Shown in pieces: positions 35,175-48,492 of a DNA stretch of 64,000 bases; position 1 is the stretch's first letter; every line of letters begins with the position of its first letter. The stretch comes from Microbotryum violaceum. Lineage: Eukaryota. The stretch covers positions 1,302,001 to 1,366,000 of the forward strand of contig CDLV01000008.1 of NCBI GenBank assembly GCA_001244265.2. The letters run 5' to 3'. A program made the translations under genes and the position numbers. Below the pieces are notes generated by a model. It was not told the DNA's origin. It searched no databases and was given only the letters and a program-made list of their open reading frames with translations.

Positions 35175-36302
35175 TCACATCTCTTCTCCTTCCAGGTCAT
35201 CATCTGCAAAGGGGTCCACTTCGGGGAAGTTTCCAACGGTGACCTTGTCTGGCCTCACAAAGCTTGCGCGCAGAGGTTTGGTCTCGAAATATTTCACTCC
35301 GTCGACCCTGCAGCACGTCTAGCATCAGCGACCAAAGCGCTCGATCTTATCTTATTAGACCACTCACGATCCATCATTTCTGCCAACGGGTTCGTCCCAT
35401 TCAATGCCAACCCATACGGTCTCGTCCTGGGGACCAAACTGCGTCGGCCCGAGGAAGCGAACGGTGCCTCTTCGACTGAGCACGTCTGACAGAGCGACCT
35501 CACACCGTGCACCTGGTACCAGATTGTCCGGTAACTGCATCCGTTGCGATGCCGCCAGTTCGTGGGAGGAGTCTGCGGTCGGTGCGAATCGACCAAGTTG
35601 GTGCCGTCGTTTGAAGGCGAGAACGGTGTCTGTTCGGTGAAACGCGAGAAAAGTCAGCTGATCAGGGTTTCTTTAGACGGACCACGAGCACGCCCTCGCG
35701 GGAACGACGCACCTGATCTTGCCTCGTATTCTTGATTTGTGAGCTCAAACTTTTCAACCAAAGACGTGTCTGTGAAGAGGGACGACTGGGTCTTGCCGTG
35801 AGCATCCGAGCTGTCGACCTGATCGTGGGAGGTCGTTGCAGAAGCGCGATCAGTCTGGGAGCAAGGGCGAGCTAGCGCCGACGAGGAGTGTGCACACCCT
35901 TATTGTCATCCATTCCTGCACGCCATACTGTGCGAGCGTTTTGTGGTCCTCGTTGAGCTGGGCCACGACGGTCTGACCCTGCGGTACTTGGCCCGAATGG
36001 CCCGTGCTCGTTGCGGTGCGTTGTAGTGAGAGCACCTGCACGGACGATGAAATACCCGAGACCCTTTCTAGTTTGTCCTTTTTGCCACGAAAGTCAAGTA
36101 CGAGTTCCGGGAGATGCATGCAACGCGGTAGAGGCGGGAAGGGGGCCAGTTGAAGGTGTCATTTAGCCGGAAACCCGTCGCGACGCGTGCTGAGCTTCGG
36201 GCTCGAGTTGACTCACCTTCAAATCTGCGATGGTCAGGTCCAGCGCGAACCTTCGTTCCGAGTGCGTGTCGGGCGACGAGACCCACAGCGTGATGAGCGC
36301 AT
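35175..36302 (-). CDS. ALF1: Tubulin-folding cofactor B (Ubl + CAP-Gly)
   Basis: LITLWVSSPDTHSERRFALDLTIADLK; DKLERVSGISS..; RRGTVRFLGPTQF..VWVGIEWDEPVGRNDG; SVDGVKYF..FVRPDKVTVGNFPEVD. One base appears missing just after the ATG. Confidence 0.9.
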
Positions 36303-36771
36303 TGTCGTGACCAAGTGGCTGCATCTTGATCCAGTTCACCAGATGCGCGTCCGTGTGGAGGAAGCGTGTGAGTCACACCGCAGACCACAGTGACCATGCC
36401 GCGGCGCACAACTTGAAGAGGCTTCGATCGGTACTACCGTACTTCAGCCTGGCGTTTTTTTTAACGCAAAGCGGTTGTACCGAAGGTGTTTGACTCGTAC
36501 AAATTTGCGACCCGTGGTCTCACCATCTATCTCCCCCCGAGTTTTCCCATCTACTACTCATCCGACGACGCTACCGAGTCTCCGCACAAGCTCAGGGCCT
36601 CCGCTGCTCCGCAAGCCGGAAATTGCAATTTGAAATTGCGGTGACGATTGCGCGAGATTGCGCGCGTTTTGATCGACCCCGGACGAGATCGCCTTGCGCT
36701 CGCCGTACTCCTCTCGCTTCCAACCAATTCGAGTCAACCGCCGTCGCTCGACCCCACCACACCCATTCGGC

Positions 36772-39174
36772 ATGCCAGGACTTAACACCTCGAGCTATGG
36801 CGTCGGACCGCCGCCTGCTTCGCCTCTAGGCTCGGTCATCCCGGCGCACACACCCCACGCCGTCTCGGTCTCGCTCCCGACGTGGCAGGACAACGTCGCG
36901 TACGAGGAAGGCGAGCAGCGCATCAAGGACGCCATGACATCAGGCTACCCCCGGTTCTATATCCATCACCAGATCCAACAGGTAGGCGCGAGGAATGTCT
37001 CCTTGGTGTTGGCTCGCAGCTCATCAACCACCTCATCCATGCCCATTTTTCTCAGCTCGCGGATCTCGCTATCGCAAAGTTTGGCCAGGCCAACGAAGCG
37101 TGCATCCTCTTGCCCACCGCGAGAACTGCCCAAGGCTGTGTTTCTTTCTTAGCATCGCGTGAACCACCCGTGCAATCGCGCGTTGTCGAATGGCCCGTAG
37201 CCGCAGCGGTAAGCTTTCCTTCCGACGACGACAACGATGTCGACGCTCTCGCAAAGCGACGCACGATTCATCTCCAAGCCTGCTTCTTTGACGAAGCGCG
37301 CTTTTCCATCGCCAAGCAATACTGGCAGCACACCGGCGACGGCATCTCGAGTCGCATCGCCGAGCGGTGCCTCATTCTGCTAGGCGAACTCGAAGCCGAG
37401 GGCGCAGCGCACCACCACAGTCGCAGGCAGTCGCAAACATCACCCCTTATCGCCTCGAATGGAGAGGCATCGACTTCATCTTCTTCGTTGGGAACACATT
37501 CCAAGTCGTCTGCAGGTTGTTATGGAGGCAAGGCCGGCGGCGGGCGTTATGGAGTCGTCAAGCCTTCCTCGACCCCCACAGGCACGGCGACGCCGACTGC
37601 ATTGGCAGCCAAACTCCGATACTCGATCGCATCTCGTCCGCGCAACGGGACATACTCGGATGAGTCGGAGCCAGCCTTGATGACCAGCTCGCTCGACGCG
37701 CTACCTCCCCGCGAGGCACTTGCGGCCGCAGACCAGGACGAGGACATCTTGACCCGCTACGTCGAGGAACGATACGGTCGCAACTTGGACCTTTCCCTGG
37801 CCCCGCTGGCCAAGCTGGCCATGAGGCGCCGCATCGCTGGAGTGTTGAGGGAGACGCCCGGGCAAGCCATTCCGGTGGAGCGCATAGACAAGACCCCGGA
37901 TGGGGAGGAGAGCACGCGTGGTGTGGCGAGTTTGACAGAGCGAGACGTGTGGCTGTACCCGGGTGGCATGTCGGCCATCTTTCACTCGCATCAATTGGCC
38001 ATGGGCGCTCGGGAGAAAGACGGCAAACCCATTGGCAAGAGCATATGTTTCGGGTTAGTGGGACATCGGGGCTTGGAAACGGGCCAACAGCTGAGCGAAT
38101 CCTCTCGCACACAGCTTCCCATACACCGATACGCTCAAGATCCTCGAAAAGTGGGGCCCCGGCTGTGAATTCTTTGGACGAGGCCTGTCAGAGGACCTAC
38201 CGGCTCTGCGCCAAACGTTGGAGAAAGCAAATCCTCCGATCCTCGCCATCTACTGCGAATTTCCCTCGAACCCTCTGCTCCGAACACCGCCGCTCACGGC
38301 TCTGCGGGAGCTCGCCGACGAATTTGGCTGTATGGTCGTCGTTGACGAAACGATCGCTGGCTTTGTCAACGTCGAGGTGTTGCCCCTCGCTGATATCGTC
38401 GTCAGCAGTTTGACAAAAGTGTTCAGTGGAGATAGCAATGTCATGGGAGGAAGGTGAGTCATGGGCATCAGAAGAATACCACACGGCAAACCTGACGAGA
38501 GGATCCCGTACTGTGCTGCCAGTCTCGTCCTCAACCCCAAAAGTGAACAATATGCCTCACTCAAGGCCGTCCAGGAAGCGACCTACGAGGATTTCTACTT
38601 TGACGAAGACGCGATCTACATGGAGCGCAACTCGCGCGACTTTCAACAACGCATCGCGCAGGAAAACTACAACGCCGAGACTTTGTGCGAATACCTTCGA
38701 TCCCGTCGAGCACCCGGCCCGTGCCCGACGGGTGTTATAGATCCTCCTGAGGTATCGCGGACGGGAGGCGTCATCAAGGAGGTGTACTACCCAAAGTATA
38801 TAACCCCGGAGCACTACACCGCTTCCCTACGCACACCGAGCGAGCCTTATGCCTCGGGGTTCGGCGCCTTGTTCTCGCTTACATTCACTTCGCTCCAGGC
38901 TTCGGCGGCCTTTTTCGACGCCTTACCCTGCTACAAGGGCCCGAGTTTGGGCACCAACTTTACACTCGCGTGCCCTTATACGATATTGGCACATTACACT
39001 GAAACGGAATGGGCACTCGAGTGGGGCGTGGAGAAGGGTCTGGTCCGGGTCAGCGTCGGCCTCGAGGATGTGGATCTCCTGAAGCAATGGTTCGAGCAGG
39101 CGTTGGACAAGGCCGAGCAGGCAGAAGCAAATGCGAAGAAGCTCAGCGACAGTGTCTCAACAATAGATGAATAG
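36772..39174 (+). CDS. STR2: Cystathionine gamma-synthase (PLP-dependent)
   Basis: [107 protein letters not shown]. Introns at about 36982, 38055 and 38454. Confidence 0.93.
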
Positions 39175-39308
39175 ACATTGTGTTAGATTCTGAACGCTAC
39201 AATGTGGTGTTACTCTATGCTACTGAAAGGCGTGGGTGATGTAAAACAAGATGCTGATGTGGGGGCTTGCGCGAGTCAGGAAGGCCGTTCGATCCCGCTC
39301 AGGTCGAA

Positions 39309-42300
39309 TTACCACACCTGCAGCACTCCGTTTGACTGCGACAACGACTGCAACGAGGTCCTATGACCATACCATCGTCGATCAATGAACCAAAGCAATT
39401 TTTTGTCTTTGCTCGGCAGTGCATGGCGACTGATTTGTCGCACAAAGTCGATGTCATGCTCCGACTCGACGTAGATGACCCCTTGCCGAAGACGGGACAA
39501 TGGGCGATAGCCGGGGATACTCCACCCAGCCGCCCATAGGACGTGCAGCGGGTGGCGGTAGTAGTTGGAGTTCTTGAGGTGGCAAGGGCCCGGAAGACCC
39601 ATCGTGCAATCGATCTCTGGGGCGGGCAAGACCGACCAGGCGTAGTCGCGGGTCGGGGAGCCGCTCGATTCGGATTCGGCTTCGGAAATGAGGTTCGAGG
39701 CGCGTAGCACGTTCAGAGGAAAGAGCGGTGTCAAAGGTTGAGCGGTAGACGGTGGGATGAGCAGCTTTGTGAAGGTCAATTGGCGATCCGGTGCTTGTCG
39801 TCCCCACGCAGTGCGATCGAGTCGGAAAGGAGGTGATCCGTCTCGCGCCCTCGGCTTGACAGAGTTGTCAGCGCCGAGGGTGTCGTAAGGACGCTTGCGG
39901 CAACCCGAAGCAGGGCCGACGAGGTCAGCCCATGAGATGCCGAACGCTTGACAGACAAGGGCATACGGTCCCGCGATATGCTTGTCTTGCCGTTCTCCGT
40001 CGTCTTCCTCGACCATTCTGTGATTCCATGCGAATGTGGGTCTTTCAATCTTGTCCGCTTCTTCGAGTTTGGCGACCCACTTTTTACACTCGTGGGCTTT
40101 CGCGCGCGCGAGCACCGAGTCGAGTGACGAATGTTGATCCGGATAGTTATCGCACAATTGAACGTGGGGCGTGAACAGCTCACTGACGGCCCACGGCGAG
40201 TCCGTGGCATGATGCGCAATCGCTTGTAGTTGCTCGAGGTCAACCGGGTCTCCGTCGGTGCGGTCGACTTTGGCGATCCGGGGCCATCGCAACGCGTGAT
40301 ACTGGGAATTCAGCCAGAGCGTGAGCTGTCAATCATTATCCTCTCTCGTCGTCTCTTGCAACCAAACTCACCTTGCAGCCTCTCTCTTTCTGGAAGCCAG
40401 CGCCCACGATCTCGAACACTCGAGGTTCTGTAAAGATGATCCAGGGCATGGTCGCACTGCTCTCGAGTTCCTTCGACAGGGAGAATGTGTACGGGCAAGC
40501 ATCCGCCATCCAAACGTCGAGACCTTGTTCCGAGACTTTGACTCGTTTGAAGTCGCCGTAAAACGCCTCGCCGGCCACGTGGCGCGCAGAGCTAAACTCG
40601 AGTTGTTCGGCCGACATGATATTGCTATTCAGCTCGCAAAGCCGTTTCCTGTCGAGCGCGCCTTGGTGCCCGTACGAGCTGGCGGAAAGAATGACGTAGT
40701 GCGGTTTCGCAGGTATATTGGTCTGCAGGTTAAAAACAAAGGAAATCATCTGAGTTATTAGACTGTGGTGAGAAGGTGCACAGGTGGAGCTCACCCAGAG
40801 GTCGAAAGGTGACTCGGAGGCCAGGAAGCCGATGAAGAAGGTGGTGTAAACGGTCGTTGGTACTGTTGGAGCAATATTGGACTAAGCCAAGTCAGCACCG
40901 GTTGCCTTCACTGTTTCGCTGCTGACCTTGCTTACCCAATTGATCCCTCCCTCTTTCCTTCTTCCACGATGCACCGAGAACGTGGACATCGATAGTATCG
41001 CCGCAGCCCGGAATGAAATCCTTCTTTAATTTGATCCACCTTCGGTTGTCGTGGAGCTCGTTGTAGACCCCCGTCAAAGGCTTCAACATTAGCCCCTCTG
41101 CGTGCATTTAGATAAGCGCAGCAGTGTGAGCGATCGACTCTACGTTGTCCATGATCGGCTCTGGCGCAAGGCACACCTTTACGCTCCGTGATGATTTGAG
41201 CGAAGCGACTCCTCAATTCCTATTGAACGACACGGATCAGTCTGACTGCTGGGTGGCGTATTGGACCTGGCTTGCAGAGACTCACTTCGAGCGCAGTCGA
41301 TCGGTCAGCAAAGTCGATGTCGATTGTTTCAGGGAAGGAGCTCTGCGGATGGTCAACGGGGAGGTCAGTGAAGACAGGCCAAAGGACATGTGCTTTAGTC
41401 GCTGCGCGGAAGTTACAAAGCCTTGAATCTCGTTGATGAGCTTTTTGAGAAGGACGCGCCTCAAACTAAAGGGAGCTGCATGGTCCGCAGGCTCGTTAGA
41501 CAAGGTAATATGGAGCGTGAGCCGGTAAAAGCTTACTGTCAAGCAGCGAGATGTCATCCAAAACCAAAAGTTCGAACCAAACGATGTGCAGGTGAAGTGG
41601 AAGGCCATCTGATGGCGTCTCTTCCTGAGTGCTTCCCGTCATGGCCGACTCGGCGTCCTCTTCCGCGGCGGCGGCGCCGTTGTCGCGGCCACTCTTGGCA
41701 TAGACAAGTGTGTAGAACGGTGCGGGGGCGTTGGTGTTCTCATCGAACGGTACCATTTCGCCTTCTAAAACAAGCTTCTTCCATTCTTGTGCCCTTGTCT
41801 GCGCCGAGCGTCGAAGCAGGCGAGGCTCTACGATGGTGTCGTCCGCGTAGGTCATGCCGTGGGTCGAGTCAGCCGTGCGCGGCATGCCGAGCCATGATCG
41901 GACTTGATTAACGCTCGGGATTGTCAGACCAAGCGAAGCCCGGATAATTCTAGTGCCAGTTGAATTGAGGGGTCACATCAGCGAGGAGGTCGTGCGTGCG
42001 CGGGTCGACACAGAGACCTTACGGAATGAGACGATAGCGATCCTTGGTCGAGTCGCGGCAGCTCTTGGAAAAGATCTGCACTTGACGCTCGATTGGTAGC
42101 GAAAGGTCGATGTGAGCTTGCACACTAAATATACATACGGGATTGTAAGCACGGCATCACAAGCGCTGCAAATGGTCCGTGTTTGCAGCACGCTCACCGT
42201 TCCCCGTCGTATTTGGTCTCGACGGCGGTTCGGCCCGAAAGGCAACGACAGGCATCTTCGCAGGCTTGCGGTTTGTTCGTTCGAGGCACCTGCTCATAAC

Positions 42301-43599
42301 CGTGTGTGGTAAGATCGTCTGTAGTTTAAGGTCGCAGGAAGGAAGAGAGTCTCACGACGTACAAGAATGGGTATGCCGAGTCGAGGTTGGAAATTTTGGG
42401 GCTCTTCTCCACACCCTAGCAAAGCAGTGCTCGAACGCTATCAATAGGTGTTTGCTCGTCAACAACGTGACAGGTGGCTCACTTAGAGCTCGTTCGACCT
42501 CTGTAGCTGCCTCATCAATGTCAGCCTTGATGCGATAGAGATCCGGCATGCGTTCGTGCCAGAGCGCCATGGCGTCTTGGGCCGTTAAGCGTTCATGAGC
42601 TCTTGCATTGTATTTGAGCAACGCCGCCGTCGACGAGGTGGTCGGGAGTGGGTAAAAGATAGGCGACATGTCTTGGAGGATGATCTGGACCATAATCGAT
42701 GCCTCACGCTCGGTGAGTGGATCAAAGAGCTCGCGCAGGATTTCATCCCGATTGCGCGTCCGTGATGTCGAAGAGTACAAGCTCCGGACTGTAGGAGGAA
42801 AGAGAGAACCGCATTAGGCATAGGTACATCCGTCCGCGGGATAGTTAGTGTCTGATCCCACGACAAACCTCTGTCAGCCGAAGTCCCGGCCTTGGCGGCG
42901 AGTTCGTCCAGCAGCTCGTCGATCCTATTCACCGAGCAAGAGAGCAAATAAGGGGCTGATTAGGGGTCAGGTAACTCGACCTAGGCCAAGTACTCGACTC
43001 GGAAGCGGGACTCCCGACATACCTTCCAAGAGTCAAGGGTGTCGAACTTCTTGGGTTCATGGGCCAACTCTGACTGATCTTGAGACCCAAGCAGCCCGTC
43101 ACGCCTGCTCGCCGCTCGCGATCCGGGCGCGACCACTCGCCAGGCAGCTCGTCGCGAAGCTCCTTTCTGAGGTCGAGATAATCTGCGAGCCAGGCCGCCA
43201 TTGTGGTATCTCCAATCGAGTACCTGAAAATGAGAGAGTTCCGTTTCAGGACCAGGGCTGTCTCGGGTCGTGTTCACGACCACACGCAGATCCACACTGC
43301 ATCCGGTGCGACCCTAGGCAAGGGTGACCGCTGAGCGGTGCGACGTACCTGCGTCGTACTCCTTCCTCCGGATACATCATTCTGAACCACAGCACGATCG
43401 TACCTGGCGGCATGCGCTCGCTCAACCACGGGGCGGTGCCATCTTTGTGGTCTTGGATCCATCGCCGCACGATGCTTTGGCGCTTGGACTCGTCCTTGGT
43501 CGCCCGTCTGGTGTGGGTCGGGCGGGCGGGCACCTTGGCCAGCTCATCGATCAAGCCACACAGGCCTCTGAAAGGTATCGGGTTGGACGACAACTTCAT
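39309..43599 (-). CDS. ATP-dependent DNA ligase (fungal LIG4-like family, no clear tandem BRCT)
   Basis: Motif I VETKYDGER near 42200; EGLMLKP; WIKLKKDFIPGCGDTID; VFEIVGAGFQKE; RWPRI; N-terminal DNA-binding domain exons; many introns. Confidence 0.88.
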
Positions 43600-44804
43600 C
43601 TCTCAAAGCCGGTCCGCCGCTGTGGGTCGTCGGAGCTTGACTTTTGTCAGCGTCGGAGCGTTGGGGCGTTGGGAATGGTCCGTCCGAACGAGAGCACCAA
43701 CGTGACGCGACAGGATGCGACGTCAAGTCACGCCGCTCGCAGTGGTCGAGCTGATCACGTGATCTAGCCAGATCTGGCCACACGCCAAACTCGGTGACTT
43801 GAACTTCGCGGTTTCACCCTGCTCAGTGCCAAGCCAATACCTCGCTATCGCGGGCCCGCTTGATCTTTCTCAACTGAAAGACGCAGGAGAATTGATGAGT
43901 CCAACCAGGAGCCATACATGAGACCGACGAGCTGCAGATGTACCGAGCTCGGTGTCGGCGCGAAAGCAGACAAGCTAGCCGCTTGAGACGTCTCAGGGGC
44001 CGGTAGGAAAGTCGTTCCAGAAAGCTGTGTGATCGTGGATCGCGATCGAGGCCGGTCGCAACTTACAAGGGGGCCAGATGAGCCCGTATGCCTTCAATAG
44101 CACGCACGTGTACCTCTACCTCTACCAGCGAAGGAAGGTCGGCGTGTCCCTGGTCATTGTGCTACTAGTACGGAAGCTGAGTCAGATGTCCGACGAGAGA
44201 CAGAACACTAGAAGATGGAGAAGAAGTGCTAACATTAGTCAGCTTTTAGCGCATCGCGGTAAGCAAATTGCCCGTCGAGGGCCGCCACCGTCAGATCGAA
44301 CAGCAAGTTCCCTCACGTTCTGACTCTGATCTCGAGCCCCTCGAACACTGGATCGAGGGTGCCTCAATCCAATCAGATGTTCACAACTCTCGCACCCTGA
44401 GATGTTGGTGTACTGCAATTTTGATTCGCCCTGCACAGTCAGTCAGGGCTGAATTTTCGGCATGGAGATACGTTGTCCAAGCCCCAAGTTGCGGAGCTGC
44501 GCTATCTTGCTAAAGTTTTCTTTCCAACCAAAAACGCGAAAGAAGAGGCCGACGGCGCGCGTCATCGCACGCGCTCAGGCTCCACTGTGCTCACCGGTGG
44601 CATCTGCCTTCGCATCATCAGTTTCCTTCTGCCCTACCTCGTGCGTGCGTTTCCCTTATCGACGACGACCACTTCTGCCGAGGTTCGATTCCGACTGTCG
44701 ACGTCTGTGTTTTGGTTGATTCGAGCTTGGAGCTCTCTGGGCCCCCAGGACCTACCGACTCGGCCGCAGATCTTAGACCGATCGAGCTGCCATTTACCGG
44801 GTGG

Positions 44805-47800
44805 ATGCCGTTCCACGCTCGAGCGCCAGGGACACGATCGAGTCAGCACCCGATCTCGTCGCCGTCGAGCAAGTACGTCTCACCCGGTACGGACGGCCGT
44901 GCACCGACCTTGGCCTCGGTTCCTCGGCTGCCGTCGCAATCTCAAATGCCGCTCGATTCGTCATCTCCGAGCGCGGCGATGACCGCTAGCCCGACCTCGA
45001 CCCCGACTCCGACCCCGACGCCAACATCAACGCCGACCGCAGCGCCGCATAGTCACTCGTCCCGACGTCTGACCATCAGCAAGATCCTCAACAAAGGGCG
45101 TAGATCGAGCGACACGGCGCCTGTCTTGAACAACTCGCTCCCTGCGCCTGCACTGACGCCCGTGACCGTCAGCGACCGCGACAGCAGCCCCGCCGCGATC
45201 GCCATCGGGTTCGGGTTCGGCCTCGGCACCGGCCGCACCTCGGTCCGCCGCCCCTCCCAAAGCTCCGCGTCGGCGTCCCCGTCCCAGTCGTTCGTAGTCG
45301 TCGACCGCGTCTCTAGCGAGCATGGATATTGGCAGCAAAGGAATTCCGCCGCCACAGAGAACAGCGACGTGGACGACGCGAGTAGTGGCAGTGGCCACAG
45401 CGAGGACGAGGAAGGTGAGCATCTGGCCCACCTCCACTTTGCGGAGCCCAGTTCGAGTCCATGGGCATTGAGCGCGTTTCGAGATCGATTGCTGACACGG
45501 TACGGCACTCGTCGTAGACATTTCCGACCTCAACCGTGCCTCTTCAGACGATACATCGCTGAGCTCGCCCAGAATGTCTCGTGAGTGTGTCTTCTCTGGG
45601 AACTACTGTGTGGACAGGGGACCACAACGCCGAGCTTACCCCTTTTGGCTGGCTTCGCCCGATCTTGCGTGCAGCGATGACGTTTTTGTCTCGTCCACGA
45701 GTTGGCCTGGATTCGGCTCAGCAGTCTTCGTCAACATCCAACCCGGTATCCAGTCGTACCACCTCGTCGGACGAGTCTCCCGTGCCCACGACTCCACCAC
45801 CCCTCTCCGCTCGACGCTTCACACAGAGTTTGCGACTCTCGGACTTGTCAACGACCAATCAGCCCGCAGACTCTTCCCGCGACGAGTTGGAGGTAGTGCA
45901 GGAGACGAGCACCACGTCGCACCAGCCCGTGGTGACGGATGTGAACCCCACCGCGTCGCCGACAGAAAGACGTCTCCGTGCGCTGCCACGACTGCTGTCG
46001 TCCGACGCCTTCATGTATGTTGCTGTACGAGACAGCGGAGCAACGCAGGGAGAAGAGGCGGCGGAAGAGGAGAGTGGGATCGAGACAGACCAGGAAAGCG
46101 AAGCCGACACTTCGCCTACACCAAGCGCGGCGCCGTCACAGCTCCCCGTCGCCCTGGGAGCTATCACTCCTAGCGCTCCCGCATTTGGTCGACCGACAAT
46201 ACCCCGCGAGACGAGTGCTTCGCGTCCGCAAGGCCTCTTGTCCGCATCGGTGACGAGTGGTGTGTCGACGTCTCGAACGCCGCGCATTTCACCGGCGGAG
46301 CCCGTCCAATCTTCCTGGGTCACCTTTGGGTCGGCGACCCCGACCCCTGGCCCTCTTCGAACAGCGCGCACAGCTACGCGTACCTTCGACTCGCTGGATT
46401 CGTACTTCGATCTTCCGCGAGGAGCCACCGCGACCACCGCGACATCTGGAAGCTTTGCTGCGACCACGTCCCGTCCGCCGATGACCCCTATTCTGCCCAT
46501 GTCAATGTCGAACTCGGCACGCGGACGTCGTCCGGCGCGACAGGACGAGCTGTCTGCTTCGCCCCCGCCGACGCGTGCGATGGAACGGACAGATGCTACC
46601 GCATTAAGGGAAACCATTGGGGATGAATCAAGAGCGGAACCAAAGAGCGTGATTTATCAGCGACCATCCCACAGCGCTATCGACCTGCGCAGCCCGAGCT
46701 TGCTCGATGAGGATGGGTCACCCCTCGGCACCGCCGTCTTGACGGAGTTGGACCCGGTGTGGGGTCACGGTGGAGACATCGCGACGCCGGGGTCATCCTT
46801 TCTTCCCGTTTCATCCTTTGGTATTCCGCGAATCATCGACGCTCACTCCAGTGGCTCGGGGCCTTCCCGGGCCCCCAGTCCATCGCGAAAGCTGAGCACG
46901 AACCAAGTCGTCGGGTCCCGGATACAACGTCGGAGTTCAATGTACGAGCTGGCGACGGAGCCGCCTGCCTACCATGCGCAGTACAAACGTGCGGGACAGG
47001 CGCCGCAGCTCGTTTACCCTCGAGAGGAGGAGGGCCGAGAAGGGCTGCCGACCTACAGCTGCGCGATTCACCTCGAAGGCTACATGCCAATGAAGAAGGA
47101 GTTCTCGGCGCCGAGCGTACAATCGAAGGACCGCGCTTGGAAACGAATATACTTTGTCCTGCACGGAACTTCAATCAAGATCTATCGACACGACTTGCGC
47201 ACTCATCCGATCCCCGGCGAAGAGGACTGGCTCAGCAGTGTGAGCTCCCAAGATCCCGCCGCTGGACCGCACTACCACCAAGGGGAATACGGCAACGAGA
47301 ACCCCATCGCGAGTTCTCACCACAAGTTCTCCATCACCGACGCCAAAGCAAAAGCTAAGAGCCGAATTACACAGGCAGGTACGTCGGAAAACAACGCTTT
47401 GTTACGTCACTATTCGCTCCAGCACGCCGAGTCGGGTCTTGCTGCGGACTACCTCAAACGCAAGCATGTGGTACGCGTTCGCGCCGAGGGTGAACAGTTC
47501 CTGCTTCAGACGAACGGAGATCGTGGGACCATTGATCTCATCGAGGTGCTCCAGGCGGCGACGAACGTTGCACTTGACCTCGATACCCGCGTGCTGCCCA
47601 AGTTCATTACTCTTCCTCGTCGGCGGCGCCGAAGACGGCGAGTTGTTGATCCGAACGCGAATGCGGCCAGAGCGGCGGCTTCGTCAGCCACCTTGACCTC
47701 TGCGGATGGAGAAGCTGAAACAACAGGCGAGTTCACGGCGGACTCTAATCCCATTGATTGCCTGGGTGATATGCTGGAAGAAGAGCAGGTATGTCTTCCT

Positions 47801-47905
47801 TAGACTCGAGCCGGGCCGACAGTGCTGAGGAGTTGGCGGCTGACGTTTGGTGTTCTCTCTGAGCAGCACGCGTACGCATCTGCATCGGGAGGATCGACAG
47901 TCTAG
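44805..47905 (+). CDS. PH-domain protein (yeast YHR131C/YNL144C-like) with long Ser/Thr/Pro-rich N-terminus
   Basis: PREEEGREGLPTYSCAIHLEGYMPMKKEF..RAWKRIYFVLHGTSIKIY..YSLQHAESGLAADYLKRKHVVRVRAEGEQFLLQ; last intron 47789-47866, TAG at 47903-47905. Start codon uncertain. Confidence 0.8.
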
Positions 47906-48492
47906 TCTTCTGCGATGCTGGGCATATTGTCAAGCACAGGGTGTGTTTTGATAACCATCTATATTATTTTCGAGAGGCGGTCGCTCTGAGTAGTGCGCCG
48001 CCATCCTGCAGGTTTTCTTTCCTTTTCTTTTTTTCCTATTTTGATGATTGGCGATACCCAGCTTTTTACATACATGATGCCAATATGTTTGCGCCGTTCA
48101 ACCCAGAGTTGGCAGAAAGTGAGAACACGGACGAAAATGTCCTTTTTATGCGAGGGCACACCGTGGCTCACCTCGATTGGCGCCGGTCGCTGCAGGGAGT
48201 CGCTGCGAGTCTGTGCGAATCGCCCGTCCGAGTCGACCATCTTGGGGATCGCCTGAACCCGATTACTTTCGGACTCCGATCTGTGTCTGGATCGACCCGG
48301 CTCCTAATCGCGCACGCCAGCGCTACGCAGGTGTGGATCCTACCATCCTGCGTGCTTCCATTGCTATTCTGTCGGTCGCAGCTCATCAAGGAGGCGCTAA
48401 AGTCGTCGCGACCTCGGACTTCTGGTGACGCGTAGCACCGCACATACAGAGCCGGCTGCCTGCCGCCTGCGGAGCTCGCTGGACAAGTCAAC

